Of a stretch of DNA of 64,000 nucleotides, positions 8,519 through 16,557 are shown in pieces. Made by a program: the position numbers and the translations under genes. Numbering within the stretch: position 1 is the first letter of the stretch; every line of letters begins with the position of its first letter. The notes below the pieces were generated by a model, which did no database searches, was not told the DNA's origin, and worked only from the letters and a program-made list of their open reading frames with translations. The stretch comes from a virus (Duplodnaviria; Heunggongvirae; Uroviricota; Caudoviricetes), in IMG/VR virus record IMGVR_UViG_3300042892_003674; one strand, given 5' to 3'.

Positions 8519-8773
8519 ATGATAATTAGAAAATTTAATGAAGAAAATGATAATCATTGGGATGATGATTTAGAAATTGAAAAGGGTGACTTAATAAAAG
8601 TAACCATGAAATTTGAAAACTTAATTGGAGTTGGATTTGTTTACTCTGAACCAGAGGAATCAAATCATTTAATTGTTGATTTATCTTGGCAAAGTGGAGG
8701 TTCAACAGAGTGTATGGAAATTAGTGAATTGCTTGAGACCCCACACACTAAAATAGAAGTTATTAATATATAA
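8519..8773 (+). CDS. Acidic protein with N-leader (MIIRKFNEE)
   Basis: Leader; TAATATATA at 8496. Confidence 0.75.
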   Translation: MIIRKFNEENDNHWDDDLEIEKGDLIKVTMKFENLIGVGFVYSEPEESNHLIVDLSWQSGGSTECMEISELLETPHTKIEVINI

Positions 8774-8795
8774 CCAATAAAAATAAAAATATATT

Positions 8796-8984
8796 ATGAA
8801 ACACATTAAAAAATTTAATGAGGATAATTCACAAACTAACACACAAGAACAAATGAAACAATTAGAAGATAAAATTATTGACTTGCTTGATGAAGCAGGT
8901 GAAAAGTTATCTAAGGATGACTTTGGAATACTTGCAGAGTCTATTATAGATTATATAGATGATATATCAAGAAGTAAAAGATAA
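8796..8984 (+). CDS. Small helical protein with N-leader (MKHIKKFNED)
   Basis: Leader; TAATATATA at 8764. Confidence 0.75.
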   Translation: MKHIKKFNEDNSQTNTQEQMKQLEDKIIDLLDEAGEKLSKDDFGILAESIIDYIDDISRSKR

Positions 8985-9033
8985 AAAAATACTATATTAA
9001 AAAATATATAGTATATAAAAAAATAATATTATT

Positions 9034-9282
9034 ATGATACACATTAAAAAATTTAATGATAAAGTAAATGAGGAATTTGGAGAACCTCTTAAAGATGTAA
9101 TGGGCACTAGAGTAGACCAACTTATAGAATATCTACAAGACTATAAACAAAAATTAGAATCAAGTGAAGATGAAGCTTATTCATTTGAGGATGAGACTGA
9201 AAAAGTAGATAAAATGTGGCAAGATGTATTCTATCCAGTACCTAATGACATCAACAGTAAAAGAAGTTCATTTAATAAATAA
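9034..9282 (+). CDS. Small acidic protein with N-leader (MIHIKKFNDKVNEE)
   Basis: Leader; AAATATATA at 9002. Confidence 0.75.
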   Translation: MIHIKKFNDKVNEEFGEPLKDVMGTRVDQLIEYLQDYKQKLESSEDEAYSFEDETEKVDKMWQDVFYPVPNDINSKRSSFNK

Positions 9283-9286
9283 TTTG

Positions 9287-9319
9287 AAAAAGACTAAATA
9301 ATTTGTTTAGTCTTTTTTT
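9287..9319. terminator. Hairpin terminator overlapping the next promoter
   Basis: AAAAAGACTAAATA-ATT-TGTTTAGTCTTTTT. Confidence 0.7.
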
Positions 9320-9333
9320 ATTATATATCTTTG
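9302..9333 (+). promoter_or_regulatory. Complete Bacteroidota promoter
   Basis: TTTG-N20-TATCTTTG. Confidence 0.75.
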
Positions 9334-9355
9334 TAGTCTACAATAAGTAAATAAC

Positions 9356-9898
9356 ATGAGAAAATTAGAAGCAGAATTAGTTAAATCAATCAGAAATAAT
9401 GATATTGATACATTTAAAGTATTAGTAAGACTCATTGATGTTAATAAACCAATTAAAATCACTTATTATGATGATGAATTGTTATGTACCCCATTACAAT
9501 TTATCTCAAGACTTGAATATGAGAGAAAAGATAATCTAAGATATAATGGTGTACAACCTAAAACAGATTTCAATTCTGACTATAAATTCACTAAAATTCT
9601 GATTGAAAATGGAGCTGATGTAAATTTAAAACAAAAAGGTATAAGTCCACTAATCAATTTTACTCAGTATAATAACATTGAACTTGTTAAGTTATTAATT
9701 GAAAATGGCGCAGACTTATCTACAACTGATAATAATCGTATGACACCATTATTGATTGCAACTGATAACAAACATAAAGATTTGATGAACTTATTACTAT
9801 ATAAAGGTAGTAATATAAATCATAAAAATATAAATGGTGAAGATTATAAAGTAATGTATAACTATAATTTTCATAATATACTATTACCCAAATGTTAA
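9356..9898 (+). CDS. Ankyrin-repeat protein
   Basis: TPL/SPL...LIENGAD repeats. Confidence 0.9.
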   Translation: MRKLEAELVKSIRNNDIDTFKVLVRLIDVNKPIKITYYDDELLCTPLQFISRLEYERKDNLRYNGVQPKTDFNSDYKFTKILIENGADVNLKQKGISPLINFTQYNNIELVKLLIENGADLSTTDNNRMTPLLIATDNKHKDLMNLLLYKGSNINHKNINGEDYKVMYNYNFHNILLPKC

Positions 9899-9901
9899 AA
9901 A

Positions 9902-10153
9902 ATGATAAAAAAAATTGTATGTATTTCTAAAGAACATAATGGTAGTATATATAATGGAGTTATTGTTGGCGAAATATACGATATAGTAGAATACCTACCT
10001 ACTGTTGCACCAAATGGTAGATTTAGAATAAAAGGTAAATTAGAAGGGATAGAATATTCTTCTGGTATAAAAACAATTGATCTTTTCCCAAAAGAACTAT
10101 TTATTACCTTACAACAATGGAGAGAACAACAATTAAATAAGATTGGAATATGA
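9902..10153 (+). CDS. MKVxC family protein with C-terminal tag
   Basis: KIVCI..VGEIYDI..FITLQQWREQQLNKIGI. Confidence 0.8.
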   Translation: MIKKIVCISKEHNGSIYNGVIVGEIYDIVEYLPTVAPNGRFRIKGKLEGIEYSSGIKTIDLFPKELFITLQQWREQQLNKIGI

Positions 10154-10350
10154 CACTAAAAGAATATATCGAACAACTACAAAAGTTCGCCGAAATGAAC
10201 CCCGAAACATTAGATATGGATGTTATCTACTCACGCGATGATGAAGGTAATGGATTCCAACAAGTTCATTATGCACCATCCAAAGGTAACTATGAAGATA
10301 TGGAGTTCCAAGAAGGTGATGAAGATGTAAATGCGGTTTGTATAAATTAA
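10150..10350 (+). CDS. Hypothetical phage protein
   Basis: ATGA-coupled ORF, DDEGNGF motif. Confidence 0.75.
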   Translation: MTLKEYIEQLQKFAEMNPETLDMDVIYSRDDEGNGFQQVHYAPSKGNYEDMEFQEGDEDVNAVCIN

Positions 10351-10355
10351 ATAAT

Positions 10356-10838
10356 ATGGAAGAAATAGAAAACGTTTACAAAATTATACATGATGAAACC
10401 TATAATAACCAGGTTCTTCTTGATATAGAACTTAGTAAAATTAGTGATCAAAAACTAGTAGTAGGTATGTTATGTGACCTTTATGCCAAAGAAGGTTATA
10501 AAGCAGATAAAGACGCAATGATATTAAGTATGAGAAACTACTGTGATATAGAACACCTTAATCTACAAGAATGTAATGCTTACTTTATTGATAAAATGAA
10601 AGAATATAGATCAACTAAAGTAAAGGCACCAAGCGCTGATAAACTTAAACAATTTTTATCTATTCTTCAATTAAGTATGAAACAAGCAGTTGATGGTCAT
10701 GTTACCCTACCTGAAAATAAAGAGTATGTTGACTTTGTTAAAGAACTATCCAATGATGAATTTGAATTCTTCAAAAATATCCTAATTGGTCAAGAACTAT
10801 ATGAAGAAGTAACTAATATGATAAACATCAGATTGTAA
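10356..10838 (+). CDS. Hypothetical protein
   Basis: ATG 10356 preferred over TTG 10338. Confidence 0.75.
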   Translation: MEEIENVYKIIHDETYNNQVLLDIELSKISDQKLVVGMLCDLYAKEGYKADKDAMILSMRNYCDIEHLNLQECNAYFIDKMKEYRSTKVKAPSADKLKQFLSILQLSMKQAVDGHVTLPENKEYVDFVKELSNDEFEFFKNILIGQELYEEVTNMINIRL

Positions 10839-11032
10839 TGGCAACTACTAGAAAAACACCACAGCGAGTTTTCTGTGAAGATACCTCAACCCTTCTCAAA
10901 ACAATACGTTCTCATAAAGAACACGGTAAAACAAAGGTTATAAATGGGATAACGTATGAGATTATAGGTGGTGATATGTTATTTAATACAAAAACAAATA
11001 GAATAGAACAAGTTAAAAGTTTAGAAAGATAA
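10838..11032 (+). CDS. Hypothetical protein
   Basis: Coupled ORF. Confidence 0.6.
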   Translation: MATTRKTPQRVFCEDTSTLLKTIRSHKEHGKTKVINGITYEIIGGDMLFNTKTNRIEQVKSLER

Positions 11033-11063
11033 ACTTTTAAAATCAATAAATAAAAATTAAACT

Positions 11064-12113
11064 ATGAGAGTAAAATTACTTTTCCTATTATTTCCCTTCT
11101 TTTGTCTAGCACAAATCCCTACATACTATACATCTATTGATTTCTCACAGACTGGTAACAATCTAAAAAACCAGCTTACCACTTTAATAACAAATACACA
11201 CACTACCTTTTTACCATATACAGCTACAGGAACTACTGATACTTGGGATGCTTTATATCAAACTGATTTAAACCCAACAAATACTAACAATGTTCTTTTA
11301 ATTTACGGTTGGGATGATAATGATAATGATTTCACAAATGATTACTCTCGTGATAAAACTTTATCATGTCATACGTCTTCATGTTCTGGTCTATGGCAAA
11401 GAGAGCATGTTTTCCCTCGTTCATTAGGTACTCCAAATTTAGGTTTTGAATTCGCTGGTTCAGATGCTCACAATTTAAGATCTATCGATGCTGACAGGAA
11501 TGGTGCAAGAAGCAACCGCATGTTTGAAGACAGTTCAAGCTCTGTGATGTCTTTTATTACGACATTAGGTAATTGGTATCCTGGTGACGAATGGCGTGGT
11601 GATGTCGCACGTATGATAATGTATATGTATGTTCGCTATCCTACTCAATGTGCCGCAACAAGTGTCGGTGCAGGAAGTACTACCTTCTCTGTTGATATGC
11701 CAAATGTTTTTTTAAATTGGAATGTAGCAGACCCTGTTTCTCAATACGAACTAAATAGAAATAATATACTTCAAAATATTCAAGGCAATAGAAATCCCTT
11801 TATTGACAATCCCTATCTAGCAACTGTTATTTGGAATGGTCCAAATGCTCAAAATCCTTGGGGTTCATTATCATCAAGCAATCAAAGTATTGCTAACATA
11901 TCAATATATCCTACTATAACAAAAAACATAGTACACATAACAAATCCTAACAACCAAAATTATCAATACTCTATTTTTAATACATTAGGTCAATTAATCA
12001 AGACCAATACCACTACTGATATTATAGATATTTCAAACAATTCAAAAGGAATATACTTTATCAATTTACAATTAGAAAATCAATCAAAAAATTTTAAAGT
12101 TATTCTAAATTAA
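11064..12113 (+). CDS. Secreted endonuclease I-family nuclease with T9SS C-terminal sorting domain
   Basis: Signal peptide; WQREHVFPRS, DAHNL, RGDVAR, QGNRNPFIDNP; IYPT..NTLGQLI..KGIYFI..KVI. Confidence 0.9.
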   Translation: MRVKLLFLLFPFFCLAQIPTYYTSIDFSQTGNNLKNQLTTLITNTHTTFLPYTATGTTDTWDALYQTDLNPTNTNNVLLIYGWDDNDNDFTNDYSRDKTLSCHTSSCSGLWQREHVFPRSLGTPNLGFEFAGSDAHNLRSIDADRNGARSNRMFEDSSSSVMSFITTLGNWYPGDEWRGDVARMIMYMYVRYPTQCAATSVGAGSTTFSVDMPNVFLNWNVADPVSQYELNRNNILQNIQGNRNPFIDNPYLATVIWNGPNAQNPWGSLSSSNQSIANISIYPTITKNIVHITNPNNQNYQYSIFNTLGQLIKTNTTTDIIDISNNSKGIYFINLQLENQSKNFKVILN

Positions 12114-12132
12114 ACAGATCTTTATCCCTAAA

Positions 12133-12160
12133 TGTATAAAATCCGTACGTTTTTTATACA
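12133..12160. repeat. 28-bp palindromic site, copy 2
   Basis: tgtataaaatccgtacgttttttataca. Confidence 0.9.
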
Positions 12161-12166
12161 CTTTAC

Positions 12167-12197
12167 TTGGTAGACACATATAATCTCCGTATCTTTG
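12167..12197 (+). promoter_or_regulatory. Bacteroidota promoter with no downstream ORF
   Basis: TTG-N20-TATCTTTG. Confidence 0.65.
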
Positions 12198-12201
12198 TAG
12201 T

Positions 12202-12290
12202 GTAATCTCGAAGAAAGTCGAGTAGTGGATGACGGGCGATGTGTAACACCAACACAGGAAGAGTAGACTCCACCCTATTTTTATATTTTT
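12202..12290 (+). ncRNA. Candidate structured small RNA
   Basis: CTCGA/TCGAG, GTGGA/TCCAC and TGTGT/ACACA stems, GC-richer than flanks, T-rich tail. Confidence 0.5.
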
Positions 12291-12298
12291 TAATATAA

Positions 12299-12326
12299 TG
12301 TATAAAAAACGTACAGATTTTATACA
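12299..12326. repeat. 28-bp palindromic site, copy 3 (inverted, 1 mismatch)
   Basis: tgtataaaaaacgtacagattttataca. Confidence 0.9.
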
Positions 12327-12338
12327 AAGAATCAAATA

Positions 12339-12503
12339 TTAATGAAAATGTTTATCAGAAAATAACCGATCGATGATTTTCATCCTCCTTATTGTATTAA
12401 ATACTGAAAGTGGCTCTAACAAACCACTACCAGTATTATAAGTTATATTCTTTAATCCCAACTTCCTCTCAATCGATTCCTTTATCCTCAATTTTAAATC
12501 CAT
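12339..12503 (-). CDS. 54-aa micro-ORF with basic tag (IRRMKIIDRLF)
   Basis: Manual translation MDLKLRIKESIERKLG...; abuts 12506. Confidence 0.6.
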   Translation of the reverse strand: MDLKLRIKESIERKLGLKNITYNTGSGLLEPLSVFNTIRRMKIIDRLFSDKHFH

Positions 12504-12505
12504 AA

Positions 12506-12748
12506 TCAAACCAATACCCCTATTGTTGTCATTAAACCACCATTAAACGTGTTCCTTGAAACATCTATAGCTCTTATAACATAAGTTACACCTTCATATA
12601 AAATCGTGTCTCCCACGTCAACTTTCGGTAACTCCTTCTCCCATACCTCAGAACATAAACCAGACTTAATGAAATCTATAATCAATACAACTCCACGACC
12701 AGTTAGGTTAAACTTATCCGTAACAACCAAATTATCCCAATTCTTCAT
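12506..12748 (-). CDS. Small beta-barrel-like hypothetical protein
   Basis: DKFNLTGRGVV..VGDTI pattern, reminiscent of EF-Tu domain II-like barrels. Confidence 0.65.
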   Translation of the reverse strand: MKNWDNLVVTDKFNLTGRGVVLIIDFIKSGLCSEVWEKELPKVDVGDTILYEGVTYVIRAIDVSRNTFNGGLMTTIGVLV

Positions 12749-12873
12749 AATACTTTCCTCCTTCTATATACAATACGATCCTCATCAAAAATACCAAAAA
12801 TCCTCCTTATCGCAGCCTTCCTCATTAAAACACGTAAGAACTCATACTCATAATCATCTATCATAACTATCAT
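12745..12873 (-). CDS. 42-aa micro-ORF with basic tag (MRKAAIRRIFGI)
   Basis: ATGA overlaps at both ends. Confidence 0.65.
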   Translation of the reverse strand: MIVMIDDYEYEFLRVLMRKAAIRRIFGIFDEDRIVYRRRKVL

Positions 12874-13052
12874 CTCAAATAGGTGATACTATTTTGATTA
12901 AAATGTAACTTAATATATTTCCACTCTAAATACTCCTTTGAATGTGTCTTGTCATAAATAACTAAAGAATCAATAGGTAAATGAAATAACCTCTCAACCT
13001 TTCTAACTCGCTGCAATCTTTTCATCATATTACCCTCTTTCTTTAAATTCAT
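12870..13052 (-). CDS. Micro-ORF with basic tag (QRVRKVERLF)
   Basis: Coupled ORF. Confidence 0.6.
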   Translation of the reverse strand: MNLKKEGNMMKRLQRVRKVERLFHLPIDSLVIYDKTHSKEYLEWKYIKLHFNQNSITYLR

Positions 13053-13056
13053 GACC

Positions 13057-13428
13057 CTAACTTAAAATCTTCTCTAACTTTATCTGCCTAATCTTTTGCG
13101 GTAAATCCTCAATAATTTCTGATCCACTTACCGAAATACCATCATATAAACATGATATATGAACCTGATGATATTTCTCATTATAAACCGAAGAGTTCCA
13201 AGTCATTGATGATAACTTCTCAATAATTCTTATCACCTTTATACTATGATAATCATTTAAACCAGGCTTCTCCTTCATAAGTATATCAAATACATCCTGT
13301 GCCAAAAACTCAGCAATCTTAGTATAATCAAAATCCTGACCACTAGTAGTAAAACTAAATGACTTATCGTCGTTCTCTATAAGAACATCAACCAATTCTC
13401 CAAAACTATTTTCAAATATCATATCCAT
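13057..13428 (-). CDS. Hypothetical protein with C-terminal tag (IRQIKLEKILS)
   Basis: ORF, tag motif. Confidence 0.8.
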   Translation of the reverse strand: MDMIFENSFGELVDVLIENDDKSFSFTTSGQDFDYTKIAEFLAQDVFDILMKEKPGLNDYHSIKVIRIIEKLSSMTWNSSVYNEKYHQVHISCLYDGISVSGSEIIEDLPQKIRQIKLEKILS

Positions 13429-13598
13429 GAGATCTTATTTGTTAAATTATAATACCAATCACCATTAGTCATCCCATCAGGTTTAAATAACCTGAAAATC
13501 TTTCCCATACGATTCATTACAACCCTATGCTGTCTAGGTGTTCTATTAGGCTTCGTACTCTGTGTATGCAGAGAGTGTTTCACACTACTACTACTCAT
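13419..13598 (-). CDS. 59-aa micro-ORF with basic tag (NRMGKIFRLF)
   Basis: Manual translation; ATGA coupling. Confidence 0.55.
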   Translation of the reverse strand: MSSSSVKHSLHTQSTKPNRTPRQHRVVMNRMGKIFRLFKPDGMTNGDWYYNLTNKISWI

Positions 13599-13708
13599 AT
13601 CAATCCTTTCAAAATATGAATTATCTTCATCTTTCTTACAACACGTCTTCTCTCAATCCAACCAGGTAGATGAGAGCTCATATACTCTTCATACCACTTA
13701 TTATCCAT
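13595..13708 (-). CDS. 37-aa micro-ORF with basic tag (VRKMKIIHIL)
   Basis: MDNKWYEEYMSSHLPGWIERRRVVRKMKIIHILKGLI. Confidence 0.6.
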   Translation of the reverse strand: MDNKWYEEYMSSHLPGWIERRRVVRKMKIIHILKGLI

Positions 13709-13832
13709 TCAATATCCTTTTAATCTTTTTCATCCGTGAGTTCTTTCTTATCCACTTTAAATTCGTCGGTCTGTGAACTCTCTTAGACCATTCGGTATAA
13801 CCCATACCATAAGTGACTATCGGAAGCGCCAT
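13701..13832 (-). CDS. 43-aa micro-ORF with basic tag (SRMKKIKRIL)
   Basis: Manual translation; overlaps neighbours. Confidence 0.6.
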   Translation of the reverse strand: MALPIVTYGMGYTEWSKRVHRPTNLKWIRKNSRMKKIKRILNG

Positions 13833-13939
13833 GACAAAATCCTTTTAATCTTATACTTTCTTGTTAGAATAACAGGTAACCTAGCTTCTCGTAACTTATG
13901 CTTTTTCCACCACCTCAATTGAGTAAAATCATTATTCAT
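13817..13939 (-). CDS. 40-aa micro-ORF with basic tag (TRKYKIKRIL)
   Basis: Manual translation; ATGA coupling. Confidence 0.6.
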   Translation of the reverse strand: MNNDFTQLRWWKKHKLREARLPVILTRKYKIKRILSWRFR

Positions 13940-14163
13940 ATAAAAATCCTTTTAATCTTATTCTTTCTTATTAGTCTAGTCGGTAGTGTAACGTGAAGTT
14001 TAGCACTAGGGTTCAGAATACCTAAACCAACATTTACTGCACTGTAGAGAGTAAAAATCTTTTTAATCTTTCTCTTTCTAGCAATCTTACTACTATAGGT
14101 TCCTTTCACAGCATAGTACGAACCCGGTGAAATACCTAAACTACCTTTTTTTATCGGTTCCAT
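13936..14163 (-). CDS. Basic protein with two tag copies (ARKRKIKKIF, IRKNKIKRIF)
   Basis: ORF track and motif. Confidence 0.65.
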   Translation of the reverse strand: MEPIKKGSLGISPGSYYAVKGTYSSKIARKRKIKKIFTLYSAVNVGLGILNPSAKLHVTLPTRLIRKNKIKRIFI

Positions 14164-14338
14164 ACTTATTCAAAAACTCTTCTAAGATACATTCGATCAA
14201 TTCGTTTCTCTTATATTGGTTCGTCTCACAGTACAACTCAAACTGGTCATAAACCTCTTTGTTCATAAAGAAGTTTATCCTTTGCTTTTTTGGTTTAGGT
14301 GGTTTAAAACCTTTCTTCGCTCTTTCAAACATCGTCAA
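14141..14338 (-). CDS. Ribbon-helix-helix (CopG/Arc-like) DNA-binding protein
   Basis: KQRINFFMNKEVYDQFELYCE...KRNELIECILEEFL. Confidence 0.7.
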   Translation of the reverse strand: MTMFERAKKGFKPPKPKKQRINFFMNKEVYDQFELYCETNQYKRNELIECILEEFLNKYGTDKKR

Positions 14339-14558
14339 CTATTTTCTTTCTATATATATTCTAAATAATGCGAAAAGTTATCCACAATCGCAAATAAATG
14401 TAATGACCTTGAAAAGGTTTTTGGAACAACCTTACAAACACGAATAGGATCAACTAAAAATTTGTATAAAAAACGACCGGATTTTATACACTTTTGGTAA
14501 TTACACTTATTTTCACTATATTTAGGTAACTTCACGATACTATACTAATATAATGTAA
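14339..14558. other. Putative replication origin
   Basis: Divergent intergenic gap at C-rich to G-rich skew switch; DnaA box TTATCCACA at 14378-14386; palindrome copy 4. Confidence 0.55.
14463..14490. repeat. 28-bp palindromic site, copy 4 (inverted, 2 central mismatches)
   Basis: tgtataaaaaacgaccggattttataca. Confidence 0.9.
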
Positions 14559-14723
14559 ATGGATGATAAAAATATTGATAAAGTATGTACTGTTTTGGCT
14601 ACTCGAAAGTGTATGACTTTATATGGTTTTTACAGAAGTATAAGTAAGAATATGGTAAGATATGTTTTAAGACAAGCTAAGATTGTTTCAATATTTAAAG
14701 AGAGATTTGATTATGAAGAGTAA
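14559..14723 (+). CDS. 54-aa micro-ORF with tag (LRQAKIVSIF)
   Basis: Manual translation MDDKNIDKVCTVL... Confidence 0.55.
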   Translation: MDDKNIDKVCTVLATRKCMTLYGFYRSISKNMVRYVLRQAKIVSIFKERFDYEE

Positions 14724-15111
14724 TAAGAATTATCATAAGGATATGATAGAAAGTATAAAAGATTATACAAAGCATTATACTATAATAAGAGGTTATTGTG
14801 ATGTTTTTATAGATCCTAACAGAACACTTGTTCCACTTTATAGTGTTACTAATAATGACTATTGGATTGTGTTGGGTAATTTATCTGATGAGGCAATCGA
14901 TGATTTATTTGAGGATAGTTCTTTTAGTGATGAGGATGGTATTGAACGAGAAGGTTGTTATGAGTATTCGGCTTGTTTGTATTATTCTTCTGGTAGTTGG
15001 GATGAGCAATCAGAAAGTTACATTGATTATATAGATTTTAATTTTGTGGAGACTTTTGAGAGTAGGGATCGAGATAAGAAGTTGAATGAGTTATTGGGTT
15101 TTGATTTTTAG
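14713..15111 (+). CDS. Acidic hypothetical protein with C-terminal tag (DRDKKLNELLG)
   Basis: ATG 14713 preferred over TTG 14683. Confidence 0.8.
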   Translation: MKSNKNYHKDMIESIKDYTKHYTIIRGYCDVFIDPNRTLVPLYSVTNNDYWIVLGNLSDEAIDDLFEDSSFSDEDGIEREGCYEYSACLYYSSGSWDEQSESYIDYIDFNFVETFESRDRDKKLNELLGFDF

Positions 15112-15716
15112 TTTAGATTCCAGTCTATAGGTGTTATATTATTCTGTAATAGATATTGATTAGTTTTACTAAAGTGTTTATTATTGAACCATTTCCCTTG
15201 GTTGGCGGATAGGGGTGATGGATGGCCAGACTTGAGTATAAGGTGTTTTGTGCTATCGATTAGTTTTTCTGTTTTGTGAGCTTGTGAACCCCATAGAATG
15301 AATACGAGGTTTTCTTTATTATTATTTAGTTCTGATATAATATTATTGGTAAATTGTTCCCATCCTTTATTCTTATGTGAGTTGGGTTGGTTCTTTCTTA
15401 CTGTTAGTATTGTATTAAGAAGTAGTACACCTTGGTTATGCCAATGAGTTAGATTCCCGTGAGATGGTATTGTGATGTTTAAGTCGTTATTAAGTTCTTT
15501 AAAGATGTTTTTCAGAGAAGGTGGAATAGTTGTATCTAGGGTGGAGAAAGCTAGACCGTGAGCTTGGTTTTCACCGTGGTACGGGTCTTGACCTATGATG
15601 ATTACTTTAGTGTTATTAAGGTTGGTTAGTGCGTTAAGTATTAAATCTTTAGGTGGGAAGCATTGGTGTTGGGAATATTCTTTATCTATGAATTTTTTTA
15701 ATTCGGATGGTATCAT
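15108..15716 (-). CDS. ung: Uracil-DNA glycosylase, family 1
   Basis: GQDPYH, AHGLAFS, PPSLKNIFKEL, GVLLLN, HPSPLS. Confidence 0.97.
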   Translation of the reverse strand: MIPSELKKFIDKEYSQHQCFPPKDLILNALTNLNNTKVIIIGQDPYHGENQAHGLAFSTLDTTIPPSLKNIFKELNNDLNITIPSHGNLTHWHNQGVLLLNTILTVRKNQPNSHKNKGWEQFTNNIISELNNNKENLVFILWGSQAHKTEKLIDSTKHLILKSGHPSPLSANQGKWFNNKHFSKTNQYLLQNNITPIDWNLN

Positions 15717-16000
15717 GACAGGAGTAATTTTATTCTAAAGTTTCTTATTGTTTGTTTATCTGCTTTGGCAAGTTCTAGTGCGTATAGTAGTGCGCTTTCG
15801 TATGTTGGTAGTGTTATTTCGTTATTTGTGCCGTAGCCGCCGCATATAGCTGTTCCTAGTTGGTGTGTTACGGTACAGGAGTATCGGTTACCTTTGTGTG
15901 TAGTATCGTAGAAAGCATCAATTTCGATGGTTGTGTATTGGTCTAGTTGTATTGTTTCTATTATATTTTTGGTATAGTACTTTGATTTTGGTAATTTCAT
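15713..16000 (-). CDS. Hypothetical protein with C-terminal tag (IRNFRIKLLLS)
   Basis: Coupled to ung. Confidence 0.7.
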   Translation of the reverse strand: MKLPKSKYYTKNIIETIQLDQYTTIEIDAFYDTTHKGNRYSCTVTHQLGTAICGGYGTNNEITLPTYESALLYALELAKADKQTIRNFRIKLLLS

Positions 16001-16024
16001 TATGATGATTTAATATATAAGTAT

Positions 16025-16441
16025 ATGATGAGGTATTTAAAAAGTTTTATGGAGTCTGATTTTTATGTTAGGTTGAAAGGTGATGATTTGCAGGATGAAT
16101 TGGATGATGTTTGTGAGCAATTTTTGGCACCATTGGCGGATGATGGGTTTACGTATGAGGTTAGACCTGCTTGGAATGGTGAGTTTGATATAAGGTTATC
16201 TTTTACTGATGGTGGTCGTACGAATAAGTTATATGATTATTCTTTGGTGATGGATAGGTTTATCCCGTTGGTTCGTATGTTATCTAGGAGGTATGATTTA
16301 CATGATACTGTTTATTTTTATAGTACAGAGGTTTATGATATGGATAGGAAATCTTTTACGGTTGGGCAGATATTGAATGATGAGGCGCCGGATTTTTTGG
16401 TTACTACGGTTAAGTTGACGGTTAAGTCGAGGAAAGGTTAG
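16025..16441 (+). CDS. N-leader array paralog 1
   Basis: MRYLKSFMES; VCEQFLAPLADDGF; DRFIPL; TAATATATA at 16011. Confidence 0.85.
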   Translation: MMRYLKSFMESDFYVRLKGDDLQDELDDVCEQFLAPLADDGFTYEVRPAWNGEFDIRLSFTDGGRTNKLYDYSLVMDRFIPLVRMLSRRYDLHDTVYFYSTEVYDMDRKSFTVGQILNDEAPDFLVTTVKLTVKSRKG

Positions 16442-16540
16442 GATTGTGGTGGGACCAATCAGGGGTTCGGGGAGCCGTTGCCTTCGGCAAGTAGTTTGAG
16501 GGTCGTCGGAGTCGTAAACGTGCTGACGCACGTGGGGTTT
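16442..16540. other. GC-rich multi-hairpin non-coding island
   Basis: TGGT/ACCA, TTGCC/GGCAA and ACGTGC/GCACGT stems in an AT-rich genome. Confidence 0.6.
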
Positions 16541-16557
16541 TAAAATAAATTGTAGTG

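Noticed and set aside
12105-12335. 76-aa minus-strand ORF starting MILCIK
   Set aside because: Non-ATG start, runs through both palindromes and the promoter; more likely spurious though not excluded
14259-14535. ORFs 14259-14447 and 14350-14535
   Set aside because: Non-ATG starts, one overlaps the RHH gene and the other the palindrome; no family motif
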